A stretch of 64,000 nt of DNA from an uncultured Acidobacteriota bacterium (GCA_964442185.1 CAYTWT010000293.1:17902-81901); one strand, 5' to 3'; positions 21,215 to 32,249 are shown, numbered from the stretch's first letter. Made by a program: numbers and translations. The notes: generated by a model from the letters alone, not told the origin.

Positions 21215-23362
21215 CTACTTCGCGCTGTCGAGCGGCTTGCGCGCGAAGTGGTAGAGGGAGAAAGCGAGCGCCGCGAAAGCGAGGATCCCGACCAGTGCGC
21301 TATCGTGGATGGCAGGCAGGGCCGCGCCTAGATCGATCGCTGCCTTGGGCAGCCATTCCCACTTCTCGGCGAGCTTGACGACGATCCCGAGCAGACCCAC
21401 GATGCCGCCCGCGGCGATGAGGCCGCTGGCATAGAGAGCGCCCGGGCTCGCCTCGTCGTCGTGCTTCTTCTCCTGGCCGCGCTCCACGAGCCAGCGCACG
21501 AGCCCACCGCAGAAGATCGCCGCGGTCGTGCCGATGGACAGGTAGGAGCCGACGGCGAAGCTCAGCGAGCGGATCCCGAGCAACTCGACGCCGATCACGA
21601 GAAAGACGCCAAGGAACACGAGTCCCCACGGCAGCCGTCGGTCGAGGATGCCGCGGATCACGACCGACATGAGGCGCGCCTGCGGCGCCGGAGCCTCCTG
21701 GCTGCCGATGCCCTGCACCCATTGAATCTCGATGCGCCCGGTCGCGGGATTGAACAGATAGGTTCCCTCGGGGATGGTCGGCGAACCGAGCACGTTGAGC
21801 AGCTTGTAGCTGTGCCCTTCGTAGCTGTAGGACTCCTCCAGGACGCTCACGCCCTCGGGAAGCTGCGCGGCGTCTACGGCGATGTCGGCTGGGACGTATT
21901 TCTCGAGCCCCTTGTTGACCGCGAGCAGCGTCACGCCGATCACGAACGAGGACGCGAGCACGCCCAGGAAGAGGCCTAGCTGCTGCGCTGACGGCGTGGC
22001 GCCCACCAGGTAGCCCGTTTTCAGGTCTTGCGAGGTGTTGCCGGCGTTGGCGGCGGCGATGCACACCGTGCCGCCGATCATCAGGGCGAGCGCGCCGTAG
22101 GCGCCGCTCGTCCAGCCTTGCAACAGGAAGAGCCCGCACGTCGCCATCAGGGTAGCGATCGCCATCCCTGAGATCGGGTTCGAGGAGGTGCCGATCAGCC
22201 CGACGAGCCGCGAGGACACGGTGACGAACAGGAAGCCGAAGATCACGATCAGGATGGACGCCAGCAGGTTGTGCAACGCGCTCGTGTGTGCCCCGGGCAC
22301 CGGCTTGAACGTGAGCAGCAGCCACATCGCGACGACGATCGCGGCGGAGCCTGCCAGCACGACGGTCATCGGCAAATCGCGCGCCGTGCGACCCACGCTC
22401 GGCGCCGCCTGGGGCGAGCGACTCTTGCGCAGGTCGGCCGCGCCGGCCTTGAGCGCGGCGATGATGGTGGGTAGCGTGCGCGCCAGCGTGATGAGCCCGG
22501 CGGCCGCCACCGCGCCGGCGCCGATGTAGCGGATGTAGAAGTTCCACATCTCGCTCGAGGTCATGTCCGCGATTGGCTTGACGCTCGGGTAGATCGGCGT
22601 CGGCACCATGCTGCCGAAGAACTTGATCGTGGGCATCATCACGAGCCAGGAGAAGACGCCGCCCGAGAAGATCACGCCGGCGATCTTCGGCCCGATGATG
22701 TAGCCGACGCCCAGGTACTCCGAGGTGGTCGCCGCGCGCAGCGACGCTCCCGGCAGCCACTTCGGGTCGTAGGTGGGGATCGGATTCAGCACCGCCAGCG
22801 CGTTCTCGTTCTGGAACACCGTGTACAGACTGCCCAGGCCGAGGCCGTAGAAGACCCGGCTCGCGAATGAGCCGCCCTTCTCGCCCGCGATCAACACGTC
22901 GGCGCAAGCGGTGCCCTCGGGATAGAGCAGGTTGCCGTGCTCCTTGACGATCAGTTGGCGCCGCAGCGGGATCATAAACAGTACGCCCAGGATGCCGCCG
23001 ATCATGGCGAGCAGCAGGATGCGCGTGTACTCGAGCGGGAAGCCCAGGAAGATCAGCGCCGGCAGCGTGAAGATGACCCCGCCCGCCACCGACTCGCCCG
23101 CGGAGCCCGTGGTCTGGACCAGGTTGTTCTCGAGGATGCTGGCCTTGCCGAGGGCCCGCAGCAAGCTGATCGAGAGCACGGCGATCGGGATCGAGGCCGC
23201 GACCGTCAGGCCCGCACGCAGGCCCACGTAGACCGTCACGGCGCCAAAGACGATACCGAACAGCATCCCGAGAATGACAGCCCGGGGCGTGAACTCGGGC
23301 ACGTTCGCCGTGTCGGCGATGTAGGGCTTGAACTCGGCGGCCTGGGGTTTCTCTTCAGCCAT
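21215..23362 (-). CDS. OPT-family oligopeptide transporter
   Basis: 715 aa, ~16 TM, OPT-family conserved segments. Confidence 0.85.
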   Translation of the reverse strand: MAEEKPQAAEFKPYIADTANVPEFTPRAVILGMLFGIVFGAVTVYVGLRAGLTVAASIPIAVLSISLLRALGKASILENNLVQTTGSAGESVAGGVIFTLPALIFLGFPLEYTRILLLAMIGGILGVLFMIPLRRQLIVKEHGNLLYPEGTACADVLIAGEKGGSFASRVFYGLGLGSLYTVFQNENALAVLNPIPTYDPKWLPGASLRAATTSEYLGVGYIIGPKIAGVIFSGGVFSWLVMMPTIKFFGSMVPTPIYPSVKPIADMTSSEMWNFYIRYIGAGAVAAAGLITLARTLPTIIAALKAGAADLRKSRSPQAAPSVGRTARDLPMTVVLAGSAAIVVAMWLLLTFKPVPGAHTSALHNLLASILIVIFGFLFVTVSSRLVGLIGTSSNPISGMAIATLMATCGLFLLQGWTSGAYGALALMIGGTVCIAAANAGNTSQDLKTGYLVGATPSAQQLGLFLGVLASSFVIGVTLLAVNKGLEKYVPADIAVDAAQLPEGVSVLEESYSYEGHSYKLLNVLGSPTIPEGTYLFNPATGRIEIQWVQGIGSQEAPAPQARLMSVVIRGILDRRLPWGLVFLGVFLVIGVELLGIRSLSFAVGSYLSIGTTAAIFCGGLVRWLVERGQEKKHDDEASPGALYASGLIAAGGIVGLLGIVVKLAEKWEWLPKAAIDLGAALPAIHDSALVGILAFAALAFSLYHFARKPLDSAK

Positions 23363-23411
23363 CCTCTGCTCCTCTCACGCCTGTTTGGAAGTATGGGATT
23401 ATACTCGGCCC

Positions 23412-24602
23412 ATGGTGCGGCGGCGGGCATCAGGCCTGCTCCTGATGGCATTCTTTGTAGCCGTCGCGGTCTTTCCCCAGGAACGCGCCTCGCGCTACGA
23501 GATGCAGTACGGGGAGCCGGTCGAAGTGTCGATCTCCGATCTTGCCCAAAACCCCTCTTCCTACGAGAACCGCTCGGTGCGGACGCGCGGACGGCTCGAA
23601 CTCGAGGCCTCGGGATCGTTCCACACGTATGCGATCCGCAACAACTTCGGCGACAAGGTTCGCGTGGCGCCGGTCTCCGAGGTCGCTGCGGCATGGGACT
23701 CCGAGGTCCTGACCATGATCGGCCGCGATCTCGACGTCACCGGCGTGTTCCTCAGGGCCACGTCGCAGCAACTCTCGAGCGCGGGGTCGGGTGGCACCGG
23801 CACCATCCAGTTCTGGACGTTCCTGGGCGAGGCGCCCGAGATCAAGGACGACGCGAAGGTGCCGGTTGCCACTCTCGAGCAGCTCGCCACGAACCCGGCT
23901 CGTTTCGAGGGGCGCCAGCTCAAGGTGATCGGCCAGTTTCGCGGCCGCAATCTCTTCGGCGATCTCCCGCCCAGCACGCAAACGAGCCGCGCCGACTGGG
24001 TCGTGAAGGACGACGTCTACGCACTCTGGATCACCGGCCGCAAACCCAAGGGTGAGGGCTTCGAGCTCGACCCCGGCCTCAAGCGCGACACCGGCAAGTG
24101 GCTGGAGGTGACCGGCCGCGTCGACGTACGCCGCGGCTTCGCCTACCTGACGGCGCAGCGCGTCGCCCTCAGCCTGCCGCCGACCCCCACGGCTCGAGTC
24201 GAGCCGCCCACGCCTCCGCCTGAGCGCCCGAAGCTGCCGCCGATGGTGATCTTCGCCCTGCCGCTCGACGGCGAGAGCGACGTGCCGGGCGAGGCGCGTT
24301 TCGCCGTCCAGTTCAGCAAGGACATGGATGAGGACAGCTTGAAGGGACGCGTCGTGCTGCGCTACGCCGGCCGGCCGCAACCGGGCGACCGCGACCTCGA
24401 CGGCGTCGTGATGCGCTACGACGGTGGCCGCCGCGCGCTCATCATCGACCCTGGCGATGTGCTTCGCCCTGGGCGCCAGGTCGAACTCCTGCTGCTGCCA
24501 GGGATCGTCGACTCAGACGGTGTGCCGCTGGCTCCGCGCCAGGGCCCGCTCCCGGAAGGCGCCACGGTCGTCGACGCTCTGCACTGGCGAATCAGGCTCT
24601 GA
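23412..24602 (+). CDS. Secreted/membrane-anchored hypothetical protein with C-terminal Ig-like/big domain
   Basis: Start at ATG MVRRRASGLLLMAFFVAVAVF (signal anchor); Pro-rich linker PPTPTARVEPPTPPPERPKLPP. Confidence 0.5.
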   Translation: MVRRRASGLLLMAFFVAVAVFPQERASRYEMQYGEPVEVSISDLAQNPSSYENRSVRTRGRLELEASGSFHTYAIRNNFGDKVRVAPVSEVAAAWDSEVLTMIGRDLDVTGVFLRATSQQLSSAGSGGTGTIQFWTFLGEAPEIKDDAKVPVATLEQLATNPARFEGRQLKVIGQFRGRNLFGDLPPSTQTSRADWVVKDDVYALWITGRKPKGEGFELDPGLKRDTGKWLEVTGRVDVRRGFAYLTAQRVALSLPPTPTARVEPPTPPPERPKLPPMVIFALPLDGESDVPGEARFAVQFSKDMDEDSLKGRVVLRYAGRPQPGDRDLDGVVMRYDGGRRALIIDPGDVLRPGRQVELLLLPGIVDSDGVPLAPRQGPLPEGATVVDALHWRIRL

Positions 24603-24664
24603 TCCGACGCCTTGCGACGCCGATGCGCACGCCGCGGCAGCGCTCCTGACAGCCGCGTCGGCAG

Positions 24665-25189
24665 CTATTTCAGCAATTCGCGGAGTTTCCCGGGTAGGGC
24701 TTTCGACTTTTCGAGGACGGCAGCGGCCATCGCCTTGCGGCGCTCCCCTACGCGGGCGCGCAGCCGCGCATCGCCCATCGCGAGCAGTGTCACGGCGAGA
24801 TGGCCGGCGTTGGCGGCGCCCATCGCGCCGACGCCGACGGTCGCGACCGGGATGCCCGTTGGCATCTGCACGGTCGAGAGCAGCGCGTCCACGCCCGCAA
24901 GCGACGAGCCCGCGAGCGGCACGCCGATGACCGGCAGCAGCGTGTGGGCTGCGACGACGCCGGCCAGATGCGCCGAGCCTCCCGCTCCGGCGATCACGAG
25001 CTTGAATCCGCGCCGCTCGGCCTCGCGCGCGAAACGCGTGGCCTGCTCGGGGCTGCGGTGGGCCGAGAGCACGCGGATGTCGTAGCCGAGGCGGTAGCTC
25101 TCGAGCACCTTCACGCACTCAGCCATCGCGGGCAGATCGCTGTCGCTGCCCATCAGTATCGCGATGGGCGGAGTCCCACGCCGGAGCAT
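24665..25189 (-). CDS. purE: N5-carboxyaminoimidazole ribonucleotide mutase
   Basis: [14 protein letters not shown]...[14 protein letters not shown] PurE signature. Confidence 0.9.
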   Translation of the reverse strand: MLRRGTPPIAILMGSDSDLPAMAECVKVLESYRLGYDIRVLSAHRSPEQATRFAREAERRGFKLVIAGAGGSAHLAGVVAAHTLLPVIGVPLAGSSLAGVDALLSTVQMPTGIPVATVGVGAMGAANAGHLAVTLLAMGDARLRARVGERRKAMAAAVLEKSKALPGKLRELLK

Positions 25190-25193
25190 CGCG

Positions 25194-26483
25194 CTACTTG
25201 GCTTGTAGTCGCGCGAGCGCGCGGCGGCCGATGTCCTTGCGGTAGTGCATGCCTGCGAAGGATACCTTGGCGACGCCCTCGTACGCCCGCTGGATCGCGC
25301 CTTCCAGGTTGGCGCCCAGTGCAGTGATCCCGAGCACGCGCCCGCCGACGGTGATCGTCTTCCCTTCCTTGGTCGCGGTTGCCGCGTGGAAGGCGAACAC
25401 GTCGCTCTGGCCCTTCAGCGAGTCGAGCCCGGAGATGGCCTGGCCAGCCTCGGAGTTGTCGGGATAGCCCTTGCTCGAGATCACGACACAGACCGACGGC
25501 TCCTTGGCCCACTCGATCTTGGCGTCCCTCAGCTGCCCGTCGGCGATGCCCTTCAGCACCGGCACGATGTCGGAGCGCATCCGGGCCAGGATCGCCTGCG
25601 TCTCCGGGTCGCCGAAGCGCGCGTTGAACTCGAGCGTCTTGGGACCCTGCTCCGTCATCATGATCCCGGCGTACAGCACGCCCTGGTAGCGGCGGTTCTC
25701 GGCAGCCATGCCGGCGATCGTGGGCAGGATGACCTCCTGCATGATCTGTTTGTGGCCGTCGAGCGTCAGCGTGGTCGCGGGCGAGACGGCGCCCATGCCT
25801 CCGGTGTTCGGGCCTTCGTCGTTTTCGAGCAGGCGCTTGTGGTCCTGCGCGGACATCAGCGGCAGCGCTCGGGCGCCGTCCGAGAAGACGAGGAACGAAA
25901 CCTCTTCGCCCGTCAGGAACTCCTCGATCACGAGCTTGGATCCGGCCGAACCGAATTTCTTGTCGGTCATCATGAGATTGATGACCGCCTTGGCTTCCTT
26001 CGCGTCTTTCGCGAGCACCGTTCCCTTGCCCGAGGCGAGGCCATCGGCCTTCAGCACGATCGGGAAGCCGAACGGCGCCTCCTTGACGACAGCAAGCGCC
26101 TCGTCGACGGTCGTGCAGATGCGGTAGCTCGGAGACGGGACCTTGTGGCGCTGCATGAACTCGCGGGCAAACGCCTTCGAGCCTTCGAGCTCGGCTGCGG
26201 CGCGGCTCGGACAGAAGATCGACAGCCCGCGCCGCGAGAACTCGTCGGCGATGCCGAGAACCATCGGAAGCTCGGGGCCGACGACGGTCAGATCGGCCTT
26301 GATCGTCTGCGCGAAGTCGGCCACCTCCACGATGTTGGAGGTGTCAATCGGGACGCAATCGGCCAGTTCGGCGATCCCGGCATTCCCGGGGGCGCAGTAC
26401 ACCTCGGTGACGAGGGGGCTCTGGCGGATCTTCCAGGCGAGGGCATGCTCACGGCCCCCGTTCCCGACGACCAAGACTCTCAC
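25194..26483 (-). CDS. purD: Phosphoribosylamine--glycine ligase
   Basis: MRVLVVGNGGREHALAWK... ATP-grasp; 4-bp gap to purE. Confidence 0.92.
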   Translation of the reverse strand: MRVLVVGNGGREHALAWKIRQSPLVTEVYCAPGNAGIAELADCVPIDTSNIVEVADFAQTIKADLTVVGPELPMVLGIADEFSRRGLSIFCPSRAAAELEGSKAFAREFMQRHKVPSPSYRICTTVDEALAVVKEAPFGFPIVLKADGLASGKGTVLAKDAKEAKAVINLMMTDKKFGSAGSKLVIEEFLTGEEVSFLVFSDGARALPLMSAQDHKRLLENDEGPNTGGMGAVSPATTLTLDGHKQIMQEVILPTIAGMAAENRRYQGVLYAGIMMTEQGPKTLEFNARFGDPETQAILARMRSDIVPVLKGIADGQLRDAKIEWAKEPSVCVVISSKGYPDNSEAGQAISGLDSLKGQSDVFAFHAATATKEGKTITVGGRVLGITALGANLEGAIQRAYEGVAKVSFAGMHYRKDIGRRALARLQAK

Positions 26484-26520
26484 GCTGGAGTTTCTCCGGT
26501 CAAAAAGACTGCTAAAGCTC

Positions 26521-27366
26521 TCATGAGTGGGACTTTCCTGTCAAGGAGAGCACCCTGGCGTAGACCTCGCGGGCAGGCAAGCCCAGGGCCCGGGCCACTT
26601 CCTTGACGGCTTCCCGACGGGTCTTTCCGCCTTCGACGAGGCGGGAGAACAGGGCCTCGGCAGATTCCTGGGGACCGGACGCTTTGGACGCTCCCGCCAA
26701 CACCAGGACGATCTCGCCTTTGACCGTTTGGCGGCTCGAAAGGCCCGCGCGGAGCGTCGAAAGCCGCCCGCGCAGGTGTTCCTCGTGCAGCTTTGTCAAC
26801 TCGCGGCCCAGGAACGCCTCGCGATCGCCGAAGGCCGCCTGCAGATCGGCCAGAGTCGCGAGAATACGCACCGGAGATTCGTAGAACACCAGCGTCTCAC
26901 GAGCGCTCGTGAACTCCGCGATCGCCTTCTGGCGCGCGCTGGCCTTGGCCGGGAGGAAGCCCACGAAGAGAAAGCGGTCCGTGGGGAGGCCCGCGACCGA
27001 AAGCGCGGCCACGGCCGCGCTGGCGCCTGGCACAGGTAGCACGCACAGGCCGGCGGCCCGCGCTTCCCGCACGAGCCGGAAGCCGGGGTCGGAGATGCCG
27101 GGCGTGCCGGCGTCCGAAACCAAGGCCACGTCATGGCCCAGGCGCAGCTCCGCCAGGATCTGCTCGCCCTTCCAGCGCTCGTTGTGCTCGAAGTAGGAGG
27201 TGGTCCTCGTCAAGATCCCATGCGCTCTCAACAGCTTGGCCGTCCGCCGAGTGTCTTCGCAGGCGATCAGGCTGGCATCGCGCAGCACCCGCAAGGCGCG
27301 CAGCGTCACGTCCTCGAGGTTGCCAAGGGGCGTCGCGACGACGTACAACCGGCCAGAAACCTCCAT
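26521..27366 (-). CDS. rsmI: 16S rRNA (cytidine1402-2'-O)-methyltransferase RsmI
   Basis: Start at internal ATG (MEVSGRLYVVATPLGNLEDVT); tetrapyrrole-methylase fold motifs. Confidence 0.85.
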   Translation of the reverse strand: MEVSGRLYVVATPLGNLEDVTLRALRVLRDASLIACEDTRRTAKLLRAHGILTRTTSYFEHNERWKGEQILAELRLGHDVALVSDAGTPGISDPGFRLVREARAAGLCVLPVPGASAAVAALSVAGLPTDRFLFVGFLPAKASARQKAIAEFTSARETLVFYESPVRILATLADLQAAFGDREAFLGRELTKLHEEHLRGRLSTLRAGLSSRQTVKGEIVLVLAGASKASGPQESAEALFSRLVEGGKTRREAVKEVARALGLPAREVYARVLSLTGKSHS

Positions 27367-27396
27367 GCCCGCCCGATCATAAGCCGAGGAGCTGGT

Positions 27397-27425
27397 TTGA
27401 CACCCCTCCGGGCCTCGTCTAGCAT
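27397..27425 (+). promoter_or_regulatory. Candidate sigma-70 promoter for rpsU: TTGACA-N17-TAGCAT
   Basis: Consensus -35 and good -10, 78 bp upstream of rpsU start, in rsmI/rpsU divergent region. Confidence 0.4.
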
Positions 27426-27502
27426 CACGAAAGCCTTGGGAGCGTTGCGGCCAGCGGCTCCCGGAGAGGCCCAATCCACGAGAGTCAGGGGGTGTATCCG
27501 TT

Positions 27503-27700
27503 TTGGCCGAGATCAAGATCCAAGATGGCGAGTCGATCGAGAATGCCCTCCGCCGCTTCAAGCGCAAAGTTCAGCAAGAAGACATCATCAAGGACATCAA
27601 GAAGCACACCTTCTACCTGAAGCCCGGCGACAAGAAACGGGCCAAGCAGGCCCTCGCCCGCAAGCGAAACCGCAAGAAACTTCGTCGCGAAGTCGAGTAA
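27503..27700 (+). CDS. rpsU: 30S ribosomal protein S21 (TTG start)
   Basis: MAEIKIQDGESIENALRRFKRKVQQEDI...KRAKQALARKRNRKK. Confidence 0.85.
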   Translation: MAEIKIQDGESIENALRRFKRKVQQEDIIKDIKKHTFYLKPGDKKRAKQALARKRNRKKLRREVE

Positions 27701-27777
27701 GCAGCCAAGAACCACCCCCCGGGGCGCTTTGGCAAGCCCCGGGGCGTTTACGCCCTTGTTCCCCGGAGGGCCCGAGC

Positions 27778-28083
27778 TTGGAATACCGCGACAAAACGCT
27801 CACCTGCGTCGATTGCGAGAAGCCATTCGTGTGGATCGCGAGCGAGCAGCTCTTCTACGCCGACCGTGGCTTCAAGAACGAGCCGAAGCGGTGCCGCGAG
27901 TGCAAGTCGAAGAAGTTTGCGGGAGCGGGCGGCCGCGCGCGAATCTCGACCGCCGCCGTGTGTTCGCAATGTGGAAAGCAGACGACCGTGCCCTTCGAGC
28001 CCAAGCACGGGCGCCCGGTGTTCTGCGAGGACTGCTTCAAGCAGCGCCGTCAGAGCCTCGGTCCCGTGCGTCGCGCGCGATAG
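27778..28083 (+). CDS. Small zinc-ribbon protein (two CxxC pairs)
   Basis: TCVDCEKPF...CRECKSKK...CSQCGKQ...CEDCF; TTG start inferred; 3' end overlaps convergent pta by ~47 bp. Confidence 0.5.
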   Translation: MEYRDKTLTCVDCEKPFVWIASEQLFYADRGFKNEPKRCRECKSKKFAGAGGRARISTAAVCSQCGKQTTVPFEPKHGRPVFCEDCFKQRRQSLGPVRRAR

Positions 28084-29101
28084 CGCCTAAGGGCCGACGC
28101 TGCAGACTTCTTGCCTGCACGGCAGTGACGGCGATCGCGTCGACGATGTCGTCGATGGAACAGCCGCGCGACAGGTCGTTCGCCGGCTTCGCGAGGCCCT
28201 GGAGAATCGGGCCGATAGCCTTCGCTCCTGCGAGCCGCTCGACCAGCTTGTAGCCGATGTTGCCAGAGTCGAGGTCCGGGAAGACGAGGACGTTGGCTTG
28301 GCCCGCGACCGCGCTACCCGGGGCCTTGCTCTCGCCGACGGCGGGTACGAGCGCCGCGTCGAGTTGAAGCTCGCCGTCGCACACGAGAAGGCTCGATCGC
28401 TCGCGCGCCATCCGAGCCGCCTCGCGGACCTTGCGCGAACGCGCGTGCTCTGCGCTACCGTGCGTCGAGAACGACAAGAACGCGAGGCGCGGCGTCTGCC
28501 GCAGGAACAGGCGGGCACTTTCGGCCGCGAGCAAACCGATCTCGGCGAGCTCCGACGCCGTCGGCTCGGGGTTGACACCGCAATCGGCGAACACCAGCAG
28601 GCCTTCGTCCCCGAACTCAGCCCTTGGCGTCGCCATCAGCATGAAGGACGAGACCCGTTCCACTCCGGCGCGCGGGCCGATGCCACGCAACGCCGCACGC
28701 AGAGTCGCGGCTGTCGTGCTCCGCGCGCCCGCTACGAAGCCGTCGTATCGACCCGCCGCCACCTGGAGCGCACCCCACAGCAGGGGGTCAGAGAGGTGAC
28801 GGCGTGCCTCCTCGCCGACGACACCGCGGTGCCGCACGCGGGCCTCGTAGACGCCCAGGGCCGCTTCGAAGGCCGGTCCGGCCGAGGGAACCGCCTCCTG
28901 GGTGATGCCGGCGAGATCGACCGAAGCCTCGCGCGCCACTGCGTCCAACGCCGCTGGGTCGCCGAGCAGGGTGACGCGGGCAATGCCCTCAGCAGTCGCC
29001 TTGGCGGCGGCCCGCAGTGTGCGGGGCTCACTGCCCTCAGGCAATACGATCGAGGCGGAGACCTCGCGGGCGCGGGCGCGGAGCCGATCCACGAAACCCA
29101 T
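28037..29101 (-). CDS. pta: Phosphate acetyltransferase
   Basis: Start at [14 protein letters not shown]; Pta/PTA_PTB motifs ...[31 protein letters not shown]. Upstream ~490 codons of the track ORF are artefact. Confidence 0.85.
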   Translation of the reverse strand: MGFVDRLRARAREVSASIVLPEGSEPRTLRAAAKATAEGIARVTLLGDPAALDAVAREASVDLAGITQEAVPSAGPAFEAALGVYEARVRHRGVVGEEARRHLSDPLLWGALQVAAGRYDGFVAGARSTTAATLRAALRGIGPRAGVERVSSFMLMATPRAEFGDEGLLVFADCGVNPEPTASELAEIGLLAAESARLFLRQTPRLAFLSFSTHGSAEHARSRKVREAARMARERSSLLVCDGELQLDAALVPAVGESKAPGSAVAGQANVLVFPDLDSGNIGYKLVERLAGAKAIGPILQGLAKPANDLSRGCSIDDIVDAIAVTAVQARSLQRRPLGAIARDARDRGSDGAA

Positions 29102-29206
29102 CGCCGCGGACGCTAACACAAGTTGGGGACGCTTTCGTTGACACGCGGCGAGCCGCTGTGATAGCGTTTCCGCCTCGTAACTACCTGAAGCTGTGGGGGA
29201 ACGCCA

Positions 29207-29542
29207 ATGAAAATCGTCGAGCGCCAGGTCGAGGATGTGGTGATCTTGGATCTTCATGGGAAGATCCTGATCGGCGAAGGAGACGACGCGCTCCGCGACG
29301 CCGTCACCCGGGTCGTCGACAGCGGAAAGACGAAGATCCTCCTGAATCTGGAGGATGTGCCCTACGTGGATTCGGCCGGCCTGGGCGAGATCGTGCGGTG
29401 TTACACCACAGTCAGCCGCAAGAACGGCAAGCTCAAGCTGATCAACCTCACGAAGAAGATCAAGGACCTGCTGTCGATCACCAAGCTGCTCACGGTCTTT
29501 GAAACCTACGAGTCGGAATCCGAGGCGATCAAGAGCTTCTAG
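29207..29542 (+). CDS. STAS-domain anti-sigma-factor antagonist (SpoIIAA/RsbV-like), orphan
   Basis: Classic STAS layout with conserved phosphorylatable Ser region DSAGLGEI; ~57% GC. Confidence 0.8.
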   Translation: MKIVERQVEDVVILDLHGKILIGEGDDALRDAVTRVVDSGKTKILLNLEDVPYVDSAGLGEIVRCYTTVSRKNGKLKLINLTKKIKDLLSITKLLTVFETYESESEAIKSF

Positions 29543-29611
29543 CAAGGGCACTTCGGCCCGTCCGGGCGGCCCTGGTTCGCGCCACGCGGCCTTAGGGAGC
29601 CGCTCCTTTCC

Positions 29612-30508
29612 ATGAAACCGCTTCTCGTCTCCCTCCGGCCGCACCAGTGGACGAAGAACCTCCTGGTCTTCGCTCCGCTGGCGCTGTCCAAGCATCTTTT
29701 CGAGCCGGAGCCGTTCCTGCGCGCGCTCGTCGCCTTTACCCTGTTCTGCGGGCTCTCGGGCGCTGTGTACCTCGTCAACGATGTCGTCGACGTCGAGCGC
29801 GACCGGCTGCATCCGAGAAAGCGGCTGCGGCCCGTGGCGAGCGGTGTGCTCTCCGCGCGGACGGCTTGCACCTTCGCGGGCCTGATTGGGCTTTCGTGCC
29901 TCGGCGCTTCGTTTGCGCTGGGTCCGGCCTTCGGCCTCTCGGCCCTGGCCTATCTGCTGCTGAACCTCGCCTACTCGTTGAAACTCAAGGAGATCGTGAT
30001 CGTGGACGCACTCGCGCTCGCACTCGGTTTCGTGGTGCGAGCGGTCGCGGGCGCCGTGGCGATCGGCGTCGTCTTCAGCGCTTGGCTGCTGATCTGCACC
30101 ATCCTGCTGGCCCTGTTCCTGACCTTTTGCAAGCGACGGCACGAGCTGACCTTGCTCACCGATGCGGCCTCCGAGCATCGCAAGAGCCTCGGGGAGTACA
30201 GCCCGTATCTGCTCGACCAGATGATCGCCGTCGTAACCGCGTCGTGCCTGATGGCGTACGCCTCGTACACGACCGCACCGGAGACGATCGAGAAGTTCCA
30301 GACCGACCGCCTGCCCTGGACCATTCCTTTCGTGCTCTACGGCATCTTCCGTTATCTTTATCTCGTGCACCGGCGGGAGCTGGGCGGCAGCCCGACGGAC
30401 ATCCTCCTGACCGATCTGCCGCTCATCCTCGACGTGGTCCTGTGGGCCCTTGCGATCGTGGTGATCGTGTACACGGCCCAGGGCGCGCCGATGCCGCTGG
30501 GGCGCTGA
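29612..30508 (+). CDS. UbiA-family polyprenyl-phosphate phosphoribosyltransferase (DPPR-synthase / Rv3806c / NoeC-like)
   Basis: N-terminus [15 protein letters not shown] and first Asp-rich motif [23 protein letters not shown] resemble decaprenyl-phosphate phosphoribosyltransferases rather than UbiA/MenA; 8-9 TM. Confidence 0.7.
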   Translation: MKPLLVSLRPHQWTKNLLVFAPLALSKHLFEPEPFLRALVAFTLFCGLSGAVYLVNDVVDVERDRLHPRKRLRPVASGVLSARTACTFAGLIGLSCLGASFALGPAFGLSALAYLLLNLAYSLKLKEIVIVDALALALGFVVRAVAGAVAIGVVFSAWLLICTILLALFLTFCKRRHELTLLTDAASEHRKSLGEYSPYLLDQMIAVVTASCLMAYASYTTAPETIEKFQTDRLPWTIPFVLYGIFRYLYLVHRRELGGSPTDILLTDLPLILDVVLWALAIVVIVYTAQGAPMPLGR

Positions 30509-30509
30509 C

Positions 30510-31058
30510 ATGAGCTTCGAGATCCAGTCGAAAGACGTCGACGTCGAGGCCATCATGCGCGCGATCCGCAAGCGCATTGACGAAAAAAGGCAAGGCCTCT
30601 ACAGCGACGAAGAGATCCGGGAGATCGCCGAGCATCGGCTGGATGCCGTGCTCGACGCGCACGACTTCAATCCCGACTTCATCAAGGACTTCCGTGCGCA
30701 GGCGGCTCGCTGGAACTTCCGCTTCGGGCAAGGCACCGTATACGAGTCGAGCCGCGGGGCGGTGGGCCGGGTCCTGGAGACGATCCGGCGGCTCCTGAAG
30801 CCGATCCAGAAGCTGTTCTGGAACCCGAACCCGATGATTGCGGCGCTCTCCCGCCAGTCGGATCTGAACTCGTACTACGTCCACCTGCTCCACAACCTGG
30901 CAGTCGAGATCACCAAGCTGAACCTCGAGGTGCAGGATCTGCGCAACCGCTGCTTGGAGCTGCAGGGCCGCCTCGAGTTCCAGGTGCGACGCGAGAAGAC
31001 GCTCGAGGGGATGGTCGTCTACCGGGACGACGCGCCGGACGGGCGCCGCACCGAGTAG
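30510..31058 (+). CDS. Conserved hypothetical protein, C-terminal coiled coil, no TM
   Basis: Tight coupling (1-bp gap upstream, 0-bp downstream) inside glycan operon; no recognisable catalytic motif. Confidence 0.5.
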   Translation: MSFEIQSKDVDVEAIMRAIRKRIDEKRQGLYSDEEIREIAEHRLDAVLDAHDFNPDFIKDFRAQAARWNFRFGQGTVYESSRGAVGRVLETIRRLLKPIQKLFWNPNPMIAALSRQSDLNSYYVHLLHNLAVEITKLNLEVQDLRNRCLELQGRLEFQVRREKTLEGMVVYRDDAPDGRRTE

Positions 31059-32246
31059 GTGAGGCTCGCGTTCGTGGTCCAGCGCTATGGCCTGGAGATC
31101 GCTGGCGGGGCCGAGTACCACTGTCGGCTCATCGCCGAGCACCTCTCGCGGCATGCGAAGGTCGAGGTGTTCACGACCTGCGCCGCCGACTACGTGACGT
31201 GGGCCAACCACTATCCCGAAGGCACCGAGGTCCTGAACGGACTGCCCGTGCACCGCTTCCGGGTCCAGCGCGAGCGCGATACCGTTCGCTTCGCGCGCGC
31301 GAGCCGTGAAGTATTCGAGAGCCCCCGGGGCGAACGCGAGGAGCTCGCGTGGCTCGAAGAGGAGGGGCCGTTCTCGCCCCGGCTCGTGAAGCAGGTGGAA
31401 CGGCGCCGCGCCGACTTCGACAGCTGGGTGTTCTTCTCGTACCGCTACTACACGACCTTCCACGGCCTCAGGGCCGCCCGCGATCGCGCGCTGCTCGTGC
31501 CGACGGCTGAGGACGACGGGGTTTACAAGCTGTCCATCTTTCGGCCACTGTTCCGGATGCCGCGTGCCATTGTCTGGAACAGCGTCGAGGAGAAGACGAT
31601 GATCGAGGCGGTTGCGGCGAACAGCGATGTGCCCGGGGACGTAGTAGGTGTCGGCTCCGCGCTCCCTGCGAGTCTCGATGGCCACGCGTTCCGTTCCGCC
31701 CACGGCGTCGATGGGCCGTTCGTGCTCTATGTCGGCCGGATCGACGAGAACAAGGGCTGCCGCGAGTTGTTCGGGTTCTTTCGGCGCTACCGCGAGGAAA
31801 CCGGCTCGCGCCTGCGCCTGATCCTCATCGGCAAGCCCATCTTGTCGATCCCCGACGATCCCGGCATCGTGCCGCTCGGTTTCCTGCCCGACGCCGAGAA
31901 GTGGAACGCCCTTGCCGCGTGCGAGGCGTTGGTCATGCCCTCGCGCTACGAGAGCCTGTCGATGGTGACGCTCGAGGCGTGGTGGGCCGGCCGGCCGGTG
32001 CTCGCGAACGCGAAGTGCAGCGTGCTGCGAGGCCAGTGCCAACGGTCGAACGCGGGTCTATACTACGCCGGCTACGACGAGTTTCGCGAAGCGCTCGCCG
32101 TGCTCGAGTCCGAGGCGGGCTTGCGCCAGACGCTGGGAGCGAATGGCCGGCGCTATTTCGAACAGAACTATGCCTGGGACGTGATCGAGCGGAAGTATTT
32201 GGCGCTCTTTGCCCAGGCCGGTCGAAGCGCGGGCCAAGGAGCGTAG
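31059..32246 (+). CDS. GT4-family glycosyltransferase (type A paralogue)
   Basis: GT-B fold; N-terminal VVQRYGLEIAGGAEYH and C-terminal E-x7-E region; GTG start abutting previous stop. Confidence 0.8.
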   Translation: MRLAFVVQRYGLEIAGGAEYHCRLIAEHLSRHAKVEVFTTCAADYVTWANHYPEGTEVLNGLPVHRFRVQRERDTVRFARASREVFESPRGEREELAWLEEEGPFSPRLVKQVERRRADFDSWVFFSYRYYTTFHGLRAARDRALLVPTAEDDGVYKLSIFRPLFRMPRAIVWNSVEEKTMIEAVAANSDVPGDVVGVGSALPASLDGHAFRSAHGVDGPFVLYVGRIDENKGCRELFGFFRRYREETGSRLRLILIGKPILSIPDDPGIVPLGFLPDAEKWNALAACEALVMPSRYESLSMVTLEAWWAGRPVLANAKCSVLRGQCQRSNAGLYYAGYDEFREALAVLESEAGLRQTLGANGRRYFEQNYAWDVIERKYLALFAQAGRSAGQGA

Positions 32247-32249
32247 CGT

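Noticed and set aside
29102-30577. N-terminal ~490 codons of the 846-aa minus-strand ORF 28037..30577
   Set aside because: Pta homology begins at ATG 29101; the upstream part is antisense to STAS/UbiA genes and is compositional artefact.
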